Shown: positions 37,600 through 47,184 of the stretch, piece after piece
How the letters are laid out: every line of letters begins with the position of its first letter
Position numbering within the stretch: the first letter of the stretch is position 1
DNA from: Thermoplasmata archaeon
Lineage (GTDB): Archaea; Thermoplasmatota; E2; UBA202; JdFR-43
NCBI GenBank assembly: GCA_021162065.1
Contig: JAGGZK010000032.1
Span: 1-60,046 of the forward strand
DNA length: 60,046 nt
Direction: 5' to 3'
Notes under the pieces: generated by a model
What the model was told of the DNA's origin: nothing
Database searches by the model: none
Seen by the model: only the letters and a program-made list of their open reading frames with translations
Made by a program: the position numbers and the translations under genes

Positions 37600-37866
37600 T
37601 TAAACTTTTGCGATTAGTCTCTCGAATCGCTGTGCCACTCTCCCCATCTCGGAGAATCGGTCATAAGAGAACACCCTTGCTATCTCTTTTCCAAGCACAA
37701 ATATTGCCTTTTTGTGGGCACTCTTTGACTTATGTATGTGGTATGGGTATATGCCCAGCTTCTCATATTCCTTAAACGCACCGTTTTTCCCGTCCAGCTG
37801 CTTCTCCAGCTCATTCTTTATCTGCAGCAGCAGAGCATGCAACTGGATCAATTCTTCTTTCTGCAT
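37600..37866 (-). CDS. UPF0058 family protein
   Basis: MQKEELIQLH..YEKLGIYPYHIHKSKSAHKKAIFVLG. Confidence 0.85.
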   Translation of the reverse strand: MQKEELIQLHALLLQIKNELEKQLDGKNGAFKEYEKLGIYPYHIHKSKSAHKKAIFVLGKEIARVFSYDRFSEMGRVAQRFERLIAKV

Positions 37867-38075
37867 CCCCAACCCCTCCACTACATATATGTATAGGGTG
37901 TTTTTAAATATTTCGGTCGTGCCATATGGAGTGGAGAAAAAATTGAAATTATGAAATATTTGCAAACAGGTTGAATTTTTTGATACAAAATCATCCATAA
38001 TGGCAACGAAGGCGGAAAAAATCTTTATTTCTCCCCTCCCTTAACAATGTGGACAGAACATATGAAAGAGGGGCA

Positions 38076-38340
38076 ATGCTTGAAAGGAAGGCTGTTATGA
38101 AGCACGGAAGGAAAAAGATACCGGGCACTTTTTATAGTTAAAGGAGATAGGATAATATTTCGCTCTCTTATTGGGAGGAAGGAATTCATATTCCATAGAA
38201 CGGAGATAGTGGATATGGGAATTGAAGGTGGCGTTAGAAAAAAACTTTACATAGTCACGGGCAAACAAAAATATCTTTTCTCCATGAAAAATGTCGGGGA
38301 TGTATACAATCTTCTTCTTGCCCTCCCCCAACATTTATAA
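38076..38340 (+). pseudogene. Frameshifted small PH-like beta protein gene
   Basis: GAGGGG RBS plus ATG 38076; removing one T from T5 at 38129-38133 gives an 87-aa ORF MLERKAVMKHGRKKIPGTFIVKGDRIIFRSLIGRKEF...LYIVTGKQKYLFSMKNVGDVYNLLLALPQHL. Confidence 0.6.
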
Positions 38341-38361
38341 AAATCCATCCAATACAATAAC

Positions 38362-40911
38362 ATGAAGTTGCTCTCCCTGCTGATTGTATTCGCTTTCATC
38401 TCTCCCCTCAATTATGCCATAGAGGTGGACAACAACGGCACCTACGAAAACGCATGCCGTTACAACGTCAATGGTTTCATCTACCTTCACATAGAGGGCG
38501 AACCCTACGAGCGGGGATACCAGCATGGCTACCTTCTCTATGCGGAGATAGCAGATATGATTTACAGATGGAGCAACATCATCCACAACTGCCCCGTGAT
38601 GATTAAATACCTTCCCATAGATGAAAACTCCTCCAAATATGAGGAATTATCCGAAAAATGGTGGAATGAATGCAAAAAACTCTCCATGAAAATCTTCTGG
38701 CCCTATTATCCGGAGGAATACCGGGAGGAAATAAGAGGAATAGCGGATGGCGCCCGCGCCCGGGGTGTGGAGATATACGGGGATCCCATAACATATGAAG
38801 ACGTGCTCACTCTCAATGAGATGTATGAACTTATGAGCATTCTGGTGAATCCGACGAAGAGCTTCCACATGCTCAAGGATGTCTTTCATTCCCTTTCCTC
38901 CGTATGCCCGTCCCTTGCGGGAAAGGAGATGGAATTTGCCTCTGCCTTTTATCCTGTGCACCACTGCAATGGGTTTGCGACCGTCGGCGACGCCACAAAG
39001 GACGGCAGAATTGTGATAAGCGATTCCGTATGGTGCGGTGGATGGTGGTACTCCTACTACATAGCCCAGAGATGGAATGTCATACTGGACATAGAACCCA
39101 GCAAGGGACACCGCCTTATAATAGCCACATCCCCCGGCTACATCTGGAGCGATGAAGATTACTGGCAGAACGATGTGGGGCTTGCCATGGTGGAAACAAC
39201 CTTCATCCAGGGAGTGTACCGGCTGAAGGGGCTGCCCCTTGCCATAAGGGCAAGGATGGCGATTCAGTATGGCGACACCATAGATGATGTCATTCGCTAC
39301 CTTCTTACGGAAAATACGGGCGTCATGAATGCCCAGTGGCTCATAGCAGATGCGGAGGCCAACGAGATTGCCCTTCTGGAATTCGGGCTTTATCACTACA
39401 ATGTCATAAGAAAAAGCAACGGCTTTTTATGGAGCGCCAATAATCCCTTCGATTTCTGGGTGAGAAGGGACATACTCGGGTATGAGATAATTAAGGCGCC
39501 CATCTTCAGGCTTGCACATATGCTGCTCAACACCAGCGGATATGAGTACTACACCCTCTTCTATACCCCCTCAGACAGAGACATAAAATTTGAGGAACTG
39601 GGGAATAAGTACTATGGAGAAATAGATGTCGATGTGGTAAAAAAGATAATGAGCACGCCCCCCATAACGGATTTCACCACAGACTGCAAGATAACGGATG
39701 GCAGAATGATATTCAACAACACCCTCTGGGCATTCTGGGGGAATCCAACCTATGTGTGGAACACCTCATCTCTCAGCAAACTGAAGGGGGTAAGAGATGT
39801 GCCCCCTGCAGGATGGGTTAAAATATATGGTGTCCCCTACGGGTTTGAGCCAGAGTATGAAAAGGGGAATATGGGAAAGGGAAGAAATGCCCGGCTGCTA
39901 TGGAGTTATGAGCTCGGGGGAATGAATTATGAGAGAGCAAGGATGTTCACCGATGGCAGCAACATATACGCGGCATATAAGGACATGCTCTATGCCATGA
40001 ATGAAAATGGAAGCATGCTCTGGAAAAGAGAACTCGATGGAGACATAAAGGATGCATATGTGGGGGATGCATTATATGTCATCACCGCCAACAAGTCCTA
40101 TGCCTTTTCCCCGAATGGAGAGCAGGTATGGAGCGGGAGAGGAGGAGATGATATACTGGAGGGAGACGGAAAAATTTACATTGCAGATGGGGAAGGAGTG
40201 TATGCGGATAAAGAGATATTTCCGAGGGGGGCAAATCTGCTTGCCTACCATAAGGGCATATACATGGCATATGGAGACCGCCTCATCGCCCCAGAATGGA
40301 ACTTTACGGCAGGGGGCGAAATAGCGGATGTGGAGATTGGAGGCGATACTTATGTGGCAAGTGCCGATGGAAATGTGTATTGCCTTGATAGCAATGGGAA
40401 CATAAAATGGAAGCGGGGAGCGGGATGGTGCATATCGGATGTGGAAGAAGACGATGGCAGGATATACGCATCCAGCTACGACGGAAATGTATATTGCATG
40501 GGCGATGATGGAAGCATTTTATGGATATTCAGCTGCAATGGTTCTGTGAGCGATATAGAGGAATATGGGGACATGATATATGCTTCCTCCACCGACGGGA
40601 GAATGTATGCCATAAATAAAAGCAATGGAGAGGTGGAATTCAGCTTTGCGCCGGCCTATGAAATAGAGGGAACATACAACTATATAACCACACCCCTCTC
40701 CAACATAGTGGCAACCTCTGGAAAGATATTCTTCAGTGCAGCGGGGAGCATATACTGTATTGATGCCGAAACCATGGAAAAGGATGTGGGAGGGAGAAGC
40801 AAAACAAAAACCCAGTCCATTCTTCTTGGCGTAATCGCGGCAATCATAATTTTATTGCTCATCTTTCTCATTTACAGGAAGTACAGAAAACTTGAGGGTG
40901 AAGAGGAATAG
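38362..40911 (+). CDS. Secreted Ntn-hydrolase (C45/phospholipase B-like) fused to PQQ-like beta-propeller, C-terminal TM anchor
   Basis: Signal peptide, GEPYERGYQHGYL, HHCNGF nucleophile-type Cys, ETT, repeated YxASxDGxVYC blades, TM followed by RKYRK. Confidence 0.8.
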   Translation: MKLLSLLIVFAFISPLNYAIEVDNNGTYENACRYNVNGFIYLHIEGEPYERGYQHGYLLYAEIADMIYRWSNIIHNCPVMIKYLPIDENSSKYEELSEKWWNECKKLSMKIFWPYYPEEYREEIRGIADGARARGVEIYGDPITYEDVLTLNEMYELMSILVNPTKSFHMLKDVFHSLSSVCPSLAGKEMEFASAFYPVHHCNGFATVGDATKDGRIVISDSVWCGGWWYSYYIAQRWNVILDIEPSKGHRLIIATSPGYIWSDEDYWQNDVGLAMVETTFIQGVYRLKGLPLAIRARMAIQYGDTIDDVIRYLLTENTGVMNAQWLIADAEANEIALLEFGLYHYNVIRKSNGFLWSANNPFDFWVRRDILGYEIIKAPIFRLAHMLLNTSGYEYYTLFYTPSDRDIKFEELGNKYYGEIDVDVVKKIMSTPPITDFTTDCKITDGRMIFNNTLWAFWGNPTYVWNTSSLSKLKGVRDVPPAGWVKIYGVPYGFEPEYEKGNMGKGRNARLLWSYELGGMNYERARMFTDGSNIYAAYKDMLYAMNENGSMLWKRELDGDIKDAYVGDALYVITANKSYAFSPNGEQVWSGRGGDDILEGDGKIYIADGEGVYADKEIFPRGANLLAYHKGIYMAYGDRLIAPEWNFTAGGEIADVEIGGDTYVASADGNVYCLDSNGNIKWKRGAGWCISDVEEDDGRIYASSYDGNVYCMGDDGSILWIFSCNGSVSDIEEYGDMIYASSTDGRMYAINKSNGEVEFSFAPAYEIEGTYNYITTPLSNIVATSGKIFFSAAGSIYCIDAETMEKDVGGRSKTKTQSILLGVIAAIIILLLIFLIYRKYRKLEGEEE

Positions 40912-40951
40912 ATAATATTTAAATCCCATTTCCTTTTTCATAGTAAGTCCT

Positions 40952-41034
40952 GCAGGGGTAGCCAAGCGGTCAACGGCGCAAGGTTCAGGGCCTTGTGGCG
41001 CAGGCCTTCGTGGGTTCAAATCCCACCCCCTGCA
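40952..41034 (+). tRNA. tRNA-Leu(CAG)
   Basis: GCAGGGG/CCCCTGC acceptor stem, CAAGG-TTCAGGG-CCTTG anticodon arm, long variable arm GGC-GCAG-GCC. Confidence 0.95.
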
Positions 41035-41058
41035 TAAGGTTTATAAATATCCTACGGA

Positions 41059-41487
41059 ATGAATATTATGAAAGGCGGTATCATCTGCATTCTTGTTTTT
41101 GCCCTTCTTATTATTTCACCATTTCCCATTTCAAATGCAAAAAATATCGGCCAGCCAGATGTGGAAATTCATTTTGCATGGATTGATTGGGGTTTCGTCA
41201 TTCTCGTCTGGAACAAGGAAAATGAAAGCATTCATAACGTCTTCATCAAACAGTTGAGCATCTCCGGCATTGTTTTTCTGGGGGGAACATGGCTGGACCA
41301 TATAAAGGAGGTTGGAGGAAAATCTCTTCGGCAACTTATTGTGCCTGCATGGGGGCTAGGAAAATGCCTGGTGGAGGCAACCATAAGTTATGAATATGAG
41401 GGAGAAACCTATGAGACAACCATCTATGGATATTTCACAATCTTGGGCAGCTTCACCTATCTCCTCACCGAATGGCAGGACTACTGA
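41059..41487 (+). CDS. Hypothetical secreted beta-rich protein
   Basis: Signal peptide, beta-strand patterning; no family recognised. Confidence 0.6.
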   Translation: MNIMKGGIICILVFALLIISPFPISNAKNIGQPDVEIHFAWIDWGFVILVWNKENESIHNVFIKQLSISGIVFLGGTWLDHIKEVGGKSLRQLIVPAWGLGKCLVEATISYEYEGETYETTIYGYFTILGSFTYLLTEWQDY

Positions 41488-41621
41488 ATAATCATGTCCT
41501 TAAAATCGCACACATGAAATTCATATTTTATTTTACCGTCTATTTTGCATAATCCGAAGTAAATCCCGTTGTATGGGATTGGATCCTTCTCCCAGTATTT
41601 ACAATTGGAACACATGGTCAT
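41481..41621 (-). CDS. Small Cys-rich protein (46 aa)
   Basis: AGGGGAG RBS; MTMCSNCKYW..GLC..VCDF with four Cys. Confidence 0.55.
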   Translation of the reverse strand: MTMCSNCKYWEKDPIPYNGIYFGLCKIDGKIKYEFHVCDFKDMIIQ

Positions 41622-41745
41622 ATCTCCCCTCATAATCACAAGAGGTTTACTTTTCTCCACCTCCTGCATGAAGCAGGAGCATAATGGCATTTTTAAACCA
41701 TAATGTAAAGGCCACTATACATAATCCACGTATAACTCAAACATG

Positions 41746-42765
41746 TCAAATTGTGTTGACATTGTAGTAAACTATGCCCTTACCCTTCCTTTCCAGTCCC
41801 GTGAGTATCTCCAGCAACTCCAGTATTCTCTCTCCGTTATCCGAAAGATAATAGCCCCCTTCACCCTTCTCCACTGCTCCAAGAGAAACAAGTTTTTTAA
41901 GATGAAATGCAAGTTTTGAGGATTGTTGTTTCAACCCCATTTCCTTCATTATACGGGCGTAGGGAAGAGGATGCATCATTCCGAGGAGATGTATTATCTC
42001 CCTCCTCATCGGGTGACTGTAGGCGGCCATCATTTTCTCCAGCACAGGTATTATCACATTCCCTATACCCTCCTCGAGCATGAGAATTTCCTTAGGTGAT
42101 TTATAAACTATGACCGCCATACTCCCATTGGCCGTTATGGAAAGAAGGGAGTTAAAGTATTTTATCACTCCCTCCCTCCCATATTTATCAATCAATCCTT
42201 CAAGGCCAAATATTACTATGGCGTCCTTTTCTCCACTAAAATCTTCGCTTATCCTTGTCATCTCATCAATGGAAAAATTTCCTCTATCTGTAAAAATCGT
42301 TCTCTCCGGTTTGATGAAATGTTTCTCTCTTATGATCTCAGGAGGCAGCGAGGTCACAAGAAGGATTCTTTTCCTGCCCACAAGCAATTCCTTCAAACTT
42401 TTTCCCTTTCTTTTCTCCCTCACCCTCTCAATCGCCCCCATAACCCTATCCATTTTTATGGGTTTTTCTATGTAATCGGCCGCCCCCAGTTTCATTGCCT
42501 CCACAGCACTTCCCACCTCTCCATATCCTGTCACAACTATGAAATCCACATCCATGCCCTCCTCCCTGGCCCATTTTATTATCTCCATACCGTGGATATC
42601 TGGCATCTTGAGATCGAGAATTACAACATCATAGGCATCTTTTTTCATCTTTTTCTTTGCCTCCTTCCCTCCTGTGGCGCCATCCACGGTATAATTTTTC
42701 ATGGAGAGATACTTCTTCACCTGCTGAACAAATATCGGGTTGTCGTCCACCACCAGCAGATTCAT
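41746..42765 (-). CDS. Response regulator: REC + DUF835-like + winged HTH
   Basis: VVDD, ILDLKMP, TG, KP receiver motifs; IVIFGLEGLI middle domain; HPMRREII..SSKLAFHLKKL..YYLSDNG wHTH. Confidence 0.85.
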   Translation of the reverse strand: MNLLVVDDNPIFVQQVKKYLSMKNYTVDGATGGKEAKKKMKKDAYDVVILDLKMPDIHGMEIIKWAREEGMDVDFIVVTGYGEVGSAVEAMKLGAADYIEKPIKMDRVMGAIERVREKRKGKSLKELLVGRKRILLVTSLPPEIIREKHFIKPERTIFTDRGNFSIDEMTRISEDFSGEKDAIVIFGLEGLIDKYGREGVIKYFNSLLSITANGSMAVIVYKSPKEILMLEEGIGNVIIPVLEKMMAAYSHPMRREIIHLLGMMHPLPYARIMKEMGLKQQSSKLAFHLKKLVSLGAVEKGEGGYYLSDNGERILELLEILTGLERKGKGIVYYNVNTI

Positions 42766-45700
42766 TCTCCACCTCCCGGAAGGATTATTCTGACCTCCGT
42801 TCCCTTCCCGGGCTCGCTTTCAATCTCCATGCGTCCTTTATGCGCCTCCACAATCCACTTTGATATGAATAGCCCCAATCCACTTCCTTCCCCTGCCGGG
42901 CGGGTTGAAAAGAACGGTTTCATGGCGTTTTTAAGAACATCTTTGCTCATACCTGTGCCGTTGTCCCTCACCATGATTTTTATTTTCTCCCCTTCCTCAC
43001 ATTCCACTATCACATAATGACCTTTCTTTCCCTCCTCTCTGGCAAGAACCGCATTCTTTACTATGTTCACAAAGCACTCCATTATCCTCTGCCTATCTCC
43101 CCTAAAAATGCATGGATTCATTCTGTTCTGTATGATTACCCCCTCCATGTAGCATGTTCTTCTCACCTTCTCAATCGCCTCATCCATCACCGCCTTCAAA
43201 TCGAATTCTGTCATCTCTCTTATTTCCTTTCTGGAGAAATTGAGAATGTCCCTCACTATGGAGGCGATGTTATTCACCTCCCTCCTTATTATCTCCATCT
43301 CTTCCTTCTCTTCTGATATGGAGGCAAGATATTCAGCCGTCACTGCTATGTTGGACAGAGGCGTGTTGATTTCATGGGCAATCACCGCCGCAAGCCGCCC
43401 CAGAGCGGCAAGTTTTTCCTTCTCCTTTATCACCTCCTCCATCTTTTTCTTCTCGGTCAAATCCATGTAGGTGAGGGCAAAATAAACATTCTTCTCCTCC
43501 CTTATGAGAGAGCCCGCCACCAGAACAGGAAATATGCTTCCATCCCTTCTTTTATGGAAAACCTCCATGGGTTCCAGATACCCCTTTTCCAGAAATCTCT
43601 TTCTTGCATCCGGAATTTGCTTTACACTTTTCTCAGGGACTATGTTGCCAAGAGATTTTCCAATGAGTTCCTCCGGTTTATATCCATGGAGGGATGCAAA
43701 ATATTCATTTATGTAGGTTATCTTTCCCCTATCATTGAGAATGATGACGCCATACTGAGCCGTATCGGCAATTCTCTTGAACTTTTTCATTTCCCTCTCC
43801 ATCATCTTTTTCTCCGTAACATCCATCCCAACGGCCACAGAGCCAATGATTGTGTCATCGACCACTATATTTTTTGAATACCAGGATATTACTCGCTCCC
43901 TCCCATCCTTTGTTACTATAGTGGTTTCAAAATCCTCCACCTTTTCTCTGCCCTCTATTATATCCCTCGCCTTATTCAAAATTTTATTTCTGTACTCCTC
44001 ATCTGGATAAAGCCATTCCCATATTCTGTTGTGACCCACAACCTCCTCCATGGTGTAACCGCTTATTGCCTCAGCCGCCCTGTTCCACAGAATAACATTT
44101 CCTTCAGTATCGAGAGTGTTTATCCATATGTTTGCGTTATTTATGAGTGCCTCAAGATACTGATTCAGTTCCTTTATCCGTTCCTCCGCCGCCTTGATGG
44201 CGGTGATGTCCATATCCACGCCTCTGTAGCCAACAAGATTTCCGTCTCCATCGAGTATCGGCACACCACTGGTGAGTAGCCATCTCTCCTCGCCATTTCT
44301 GTGCATGTTTCTGTTGAGGAAGTCCACAAATGGTTTCTTCTCCCGGAATATTTCGAAGGCCCTTTCCTTGAGTTCCTCTCTGTTCTCAGGATGGAAGAAA
44401 TCGTAAAAATGCTTCTTTCCCACCACCTCTTCCGGGGAATAGCCGAGTATTTTTTTCACCGCACTGTTGGAGTAGGTATAGAGGCCTTCAGTATTTACCT
44501 CCCATACCCACTCGTTGGCATTCTCCATAACCTCCCTGAATCTTTTCTCGCTTTCCTTTAATAAGTTCTCCATTTCCTTTTCCTCTGTGACATCTCGATA
44601 GTTGATGACTATCCCTCTTACTATGGGGTCATGCAGCAAATTTCTGGCATTTATTTCCACGGTTCTCCATTCTCCTCTTGCATTTTTCACCCTCAAAAAG
44701 TCATGAAAAGCCTCACTGGGTTGGAAGAGCATATTCTTAAGAGCATTCATCGCTATATCGACATCTTCGGGGTGGACAAATTCCAGAGTGGAACGACCAA
44801 TAACCTCGTCTGGTGAATAACCCATGATTTTTTCCACAGAAGATGTAACATACTTTATTTCCGCATTTTCATCATGCACCATTACCACGTCCCATCCCTT
44901 TTCGAGCAACGTTTGGAAATATATTCTGCTTCTCTCCAGCTCCTCCATCATTTTTTTCTCCAGTGTTATATCTCTGGTAAAAATGGCGATCTGTTTTACT
45001 TTTCCGTCATAATCAAAAATCGGGTAGAAAACATTGTGGAACCATTTTCCTGCCCTCGTATCTTCGAATTCAACCGGCCTACCTGTTTTCATAACTTCAA
45101 ATACCTTTGCTGTTCTTTTTTCGTATACATCTGCAGGCAGATGTTCTTTTATGTTGGTTCCCTTGAGTTCGCTCTTTGATTTTCCGAGGGATTCTGCCAT
45201 GGCATCGTTTATTTCCAGTATTTTTCCAAAATCGGTCTCATCAACACTCGCAAGGAGAACCATATCATGGGTGGCATCCAGTATGGAACGTAACTTCCTT
45301 TCATTCTCCTCCAGTTTTTTCCCCACCATAACCCTCTCCGTTATGTCATGGAAATTGAATATCAGGCCATTAATGGCTGGATCATCGAGCATATTCCTTC
45401 CAACAATCTCAACAAATTTCCATTCTCCTTCCTTGGTCTGGATTCTGTACATCGCACGTATCGCTCTGGAAGGATTTTCCAGCATTTTCCTGTGCTGCCA
45501 TATACATGCATCCATGTCCTCCAGATGGATAAAGGAGAGGGCGCTCTTCCCGATTACTTCCTCTGGCTGAAAACCAAGAACCTCCTTTATGGATGGAGTT
45601 ATGAACTTTATAACAGCATTCTCATCCACCACCATGGTTATATCGGAACTCTTTTCCAGAATTGTCTGGAAATACATTCTGCTTCTCTCCATCTCCTCTC

Positions 45701-46412
45701 TCATCTCTGTGAGAGAAACCATATTTCCTATTTTGATTGCAACTTCCTTTACCGCCTTCTCCTCCTCTGGGAGGAACTCTGCTTCATCATATTCAGGGGG
45801 CTCCTTTATATAGCCCACCTCCAGATAACCCTCCTCTATTCCATTTACCACAATCTTTTCTCTTATTTTTCTTTCCCCCTCTGCACCATCTGTGGCATAT
45901 TCCTTTCCCCTGAAAAGTATTTTGGCATAGGCGAGTTCGGGATGCTGCATCATTTTGGGGATTAGGGTAACAATCCTCTGCATAAAACCCTCTACAGATT
46001 TTGCCTCTCTCGCCAGCACCCCTATATCATAGAATATCTGGAGTTCATTCAATTTTCTGGCAAGGGAAATGAGGATATGCTGACGAATTTTTTCAATATC
46101 ATCGCTACTCTCCTCCTGAAAAATAATCAGCATGTACTCATCCCCTCCATGAAGAAGAGAGGAAAACAGCACCCTTACCTCTCTTTCCTCTCCCTTAAGT
46201 GTTAGGATTTTTGTCTTTTTTGTTGTCTGGATCACATTTATGTCGGCAAAAAAATCTCTCCATCTTTTACCTACTATTCTCTCCGCATCCCCTGCATCAA
46301 GAAGAATAACCGCCTCCCGGTTGACCGCCTTTATCTGCTCCCCCTCCACCACCATCATCCCGTGGGGGGAGAGATCCATGGCTTTTTCTATTAAATCTTT
46401 CACATCCTCCAT
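42762..46412 (-). CDS. Multi-PAS (about 7) cytoplasmic sensor histidine kinase
   Basis: Repeated PAS/PAC units ending D(I/V/L)TE; AHEINTPL, KNA, DNGTG, PFFST, GSGLGL. Confidence 0.93.
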   Translation of the reverse strand: MEDVKDLIEKAMDLSPHGMMVVEGEQIKAVNREAVILLDAGDAERIVGKRWRDFFADINVIQTTKKTKILTLKGEEREVRVLFSSLLHGGDEYMLIIFQEESSDDIEKIRQHILISLARKLNELQIFYDIGVLAREAKSVEGFMQRIVTLIPKMMQHPELAYAKILFRGKEYATDGAEGERKIREKIVVNGIEEGYLEVGYIKEPPEYDEAEFLPEEEKAVKEVAIKIGNMVSLTEMREEMERSRMYFQTILEKSSDITMVVDENAVIKFITPSIKEVLGFQPEEVIGKSALSFIHLEDMDACIWQHRKMLENPSRAIRAMYRIQTKEGEWKFVEIVGRNMLDDPAINGLIFNFHDITERVMVGKKLEENERKLRSILDATHDMVLLASVDETDFGKILEINDAMAESLGKSKSELKGTNIKEHLPADVYEKRTAKVFEVMKTGRPVEFEDTRAGKWFHNVFYPIFDYDGKVKQIAIFTRDITLEKKMMEELERSRIYFQTLLEKGWDVVMVHDENAEIKYVTSSVEKIMGYSPDEVIGRSTLEFVHPEDVDIAMNALKNMLFQPSEAFHDFLRVKNARGEWRTVEINARNLLHDPIVRGIVINYRDVTEEKEMENLLKESEKRFREVMENANEWVWEVNTEGLYTYSNSAVKKILGYSPEEVVGKKHFYDFFHPENREELKERAFEIFREKKPFVDFLNRNMHRNGEERWLLTSGVPILDGDGNLVGYRGVDMDITAIKAAEERIKELNQYLEALINNANIWINTLDTEGNVILWNRAAEAISGYTMEEVVGHNRIWEWLYPDEEYRNKILNKARDIIEGREKVEDFETTIVTKDGRERVISWYSKNIVVDDTIIGSVAVGMDVTEKKMMEREMKKFKRIADTAQYGVIILNDRGKITYINEYFASLHGYKPEELIGKSLGNIVPEKSVKQIPDARKRFLEKGYLEPMEVFHKRRDGSIFPVLVAGSLIREEKNVYFALTYMDLTEKKKMEEVIKEKEKLAALGRLAAVIAHEINTPLSNIAVTAEYLASISEEKEEMEIIRREVNNIASIVRDILNFSRKEIREMTEFDLKAVMDEAIEKVRRTCYMEGVIIQNRMNPCIFRGDRQRIMECFVNIVKNAVLAREEGKKGHYVIVECEEGEKIKIMVRDNGTGMSKDVLKNAMKPFFSTRPAGEGSGLGLFISKWIVEAHKGRMEIESEPGKGTEVRIILPGGGE

Positions 46413-46461
46413 TTCTCAGATATTAATTTTTGGGACATATTTAAATATTACATGCCATGCC

Positions 46462-46836
46462 TCATTCAATACTGAGCATCAGCAGAATCAGGAGAGCAAA
46501 GGTTTCAAAGAAGGGAGGTATCAGAGGGAACACAAAAAGCAGGAGTCGCTGAAGCAAAAGAACACCTATGAAGAATACAAGGCCAAGGGTAAAGGACGAT
46601 TTTGTCTTCCTATAGCTCGATATGTATATCACCAACACAACAAAAAGAAGTATGACGTTTATCAGCACTGCCGCAATGTAGATGGTTTTAAATAGAGATG
46701 TGCCAAATTTCGCCCTCATCAAATCCTGCCATCTCTGGCCATTGCTTGGTGGTTCATGGGTGGCAGCATATGCCATACCTGCAACCATGTTGAAGATGAT
46801 GGCAAGCGTTATCACAAGAGCTACTCCTCTTTTCAT
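46462..46836 (-). CDS. Small membrane protein
   Basis: Signal-like N-terminus and three hydrophobic segments (YRKTKSSFTLGL); GGAGG RBS; follows an HTH gene. Confidence 0.7.
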   Translation of the reverse strand: MKRGVALVITLAIIFNMVAGMAYAATHEPPSNGQRWQDLMRAKFGTSLFKTIYIAAVLINVILLFVVLVIYISSYRKTKSSFTLGLVFFIGVLLLQRLLLFVFPLIPPFFETFALLILLMLSIE

Positions 46837-46837
46837 A

Positions 46838-47167
46838 CTATCTCATCCCTCCTCCCTTTATTTTATTTTTCCCAATTTTATCCCAAATCTCTCTGAAATG
46901 GGATATGTTCTCCTCCAGAATCTCGGAGATGAAATACATTTTTCCATAGCCCTCCCCCATGGAGGAAATCAAACTGTTTTTCTCCAGTATTTTGAGATGA
47001 TGTCTCACCGTCTTATAGTCCATGTCCAGTTTTTTTGCCAGCTCATTGGCATTCATGGGGTTCTTCGTTAATTCCTCGAGGATTCTGCCCCTATTTATGC
47101 CCCCTGCTGTGCCCGCCAGCAGCCACCAGAGTATCTTTTTGACAGGGTTCAATGGAATAAAATGCAA
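46838..47167 (-). CDS. ArsR-like winged-helix transcriptional regulator
   Basis: LWWLLAGTAGGINRGRI, NANELA..DYKTVRHHL, GYGKMYF. Confidence 0.88.
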   Translation of the reverse strand: MHFIPLNPVKKILWWLLAGTAGGINRGRILEELTKNPMNANELAKKLDMDYKTVRHHLKILEKNSLISSMGEGYGKMYFISEILEENISHFREIWDKIGKNKIKGGGMR

Positions 47168-47184
47168 TTGTTACTTATAAATAC

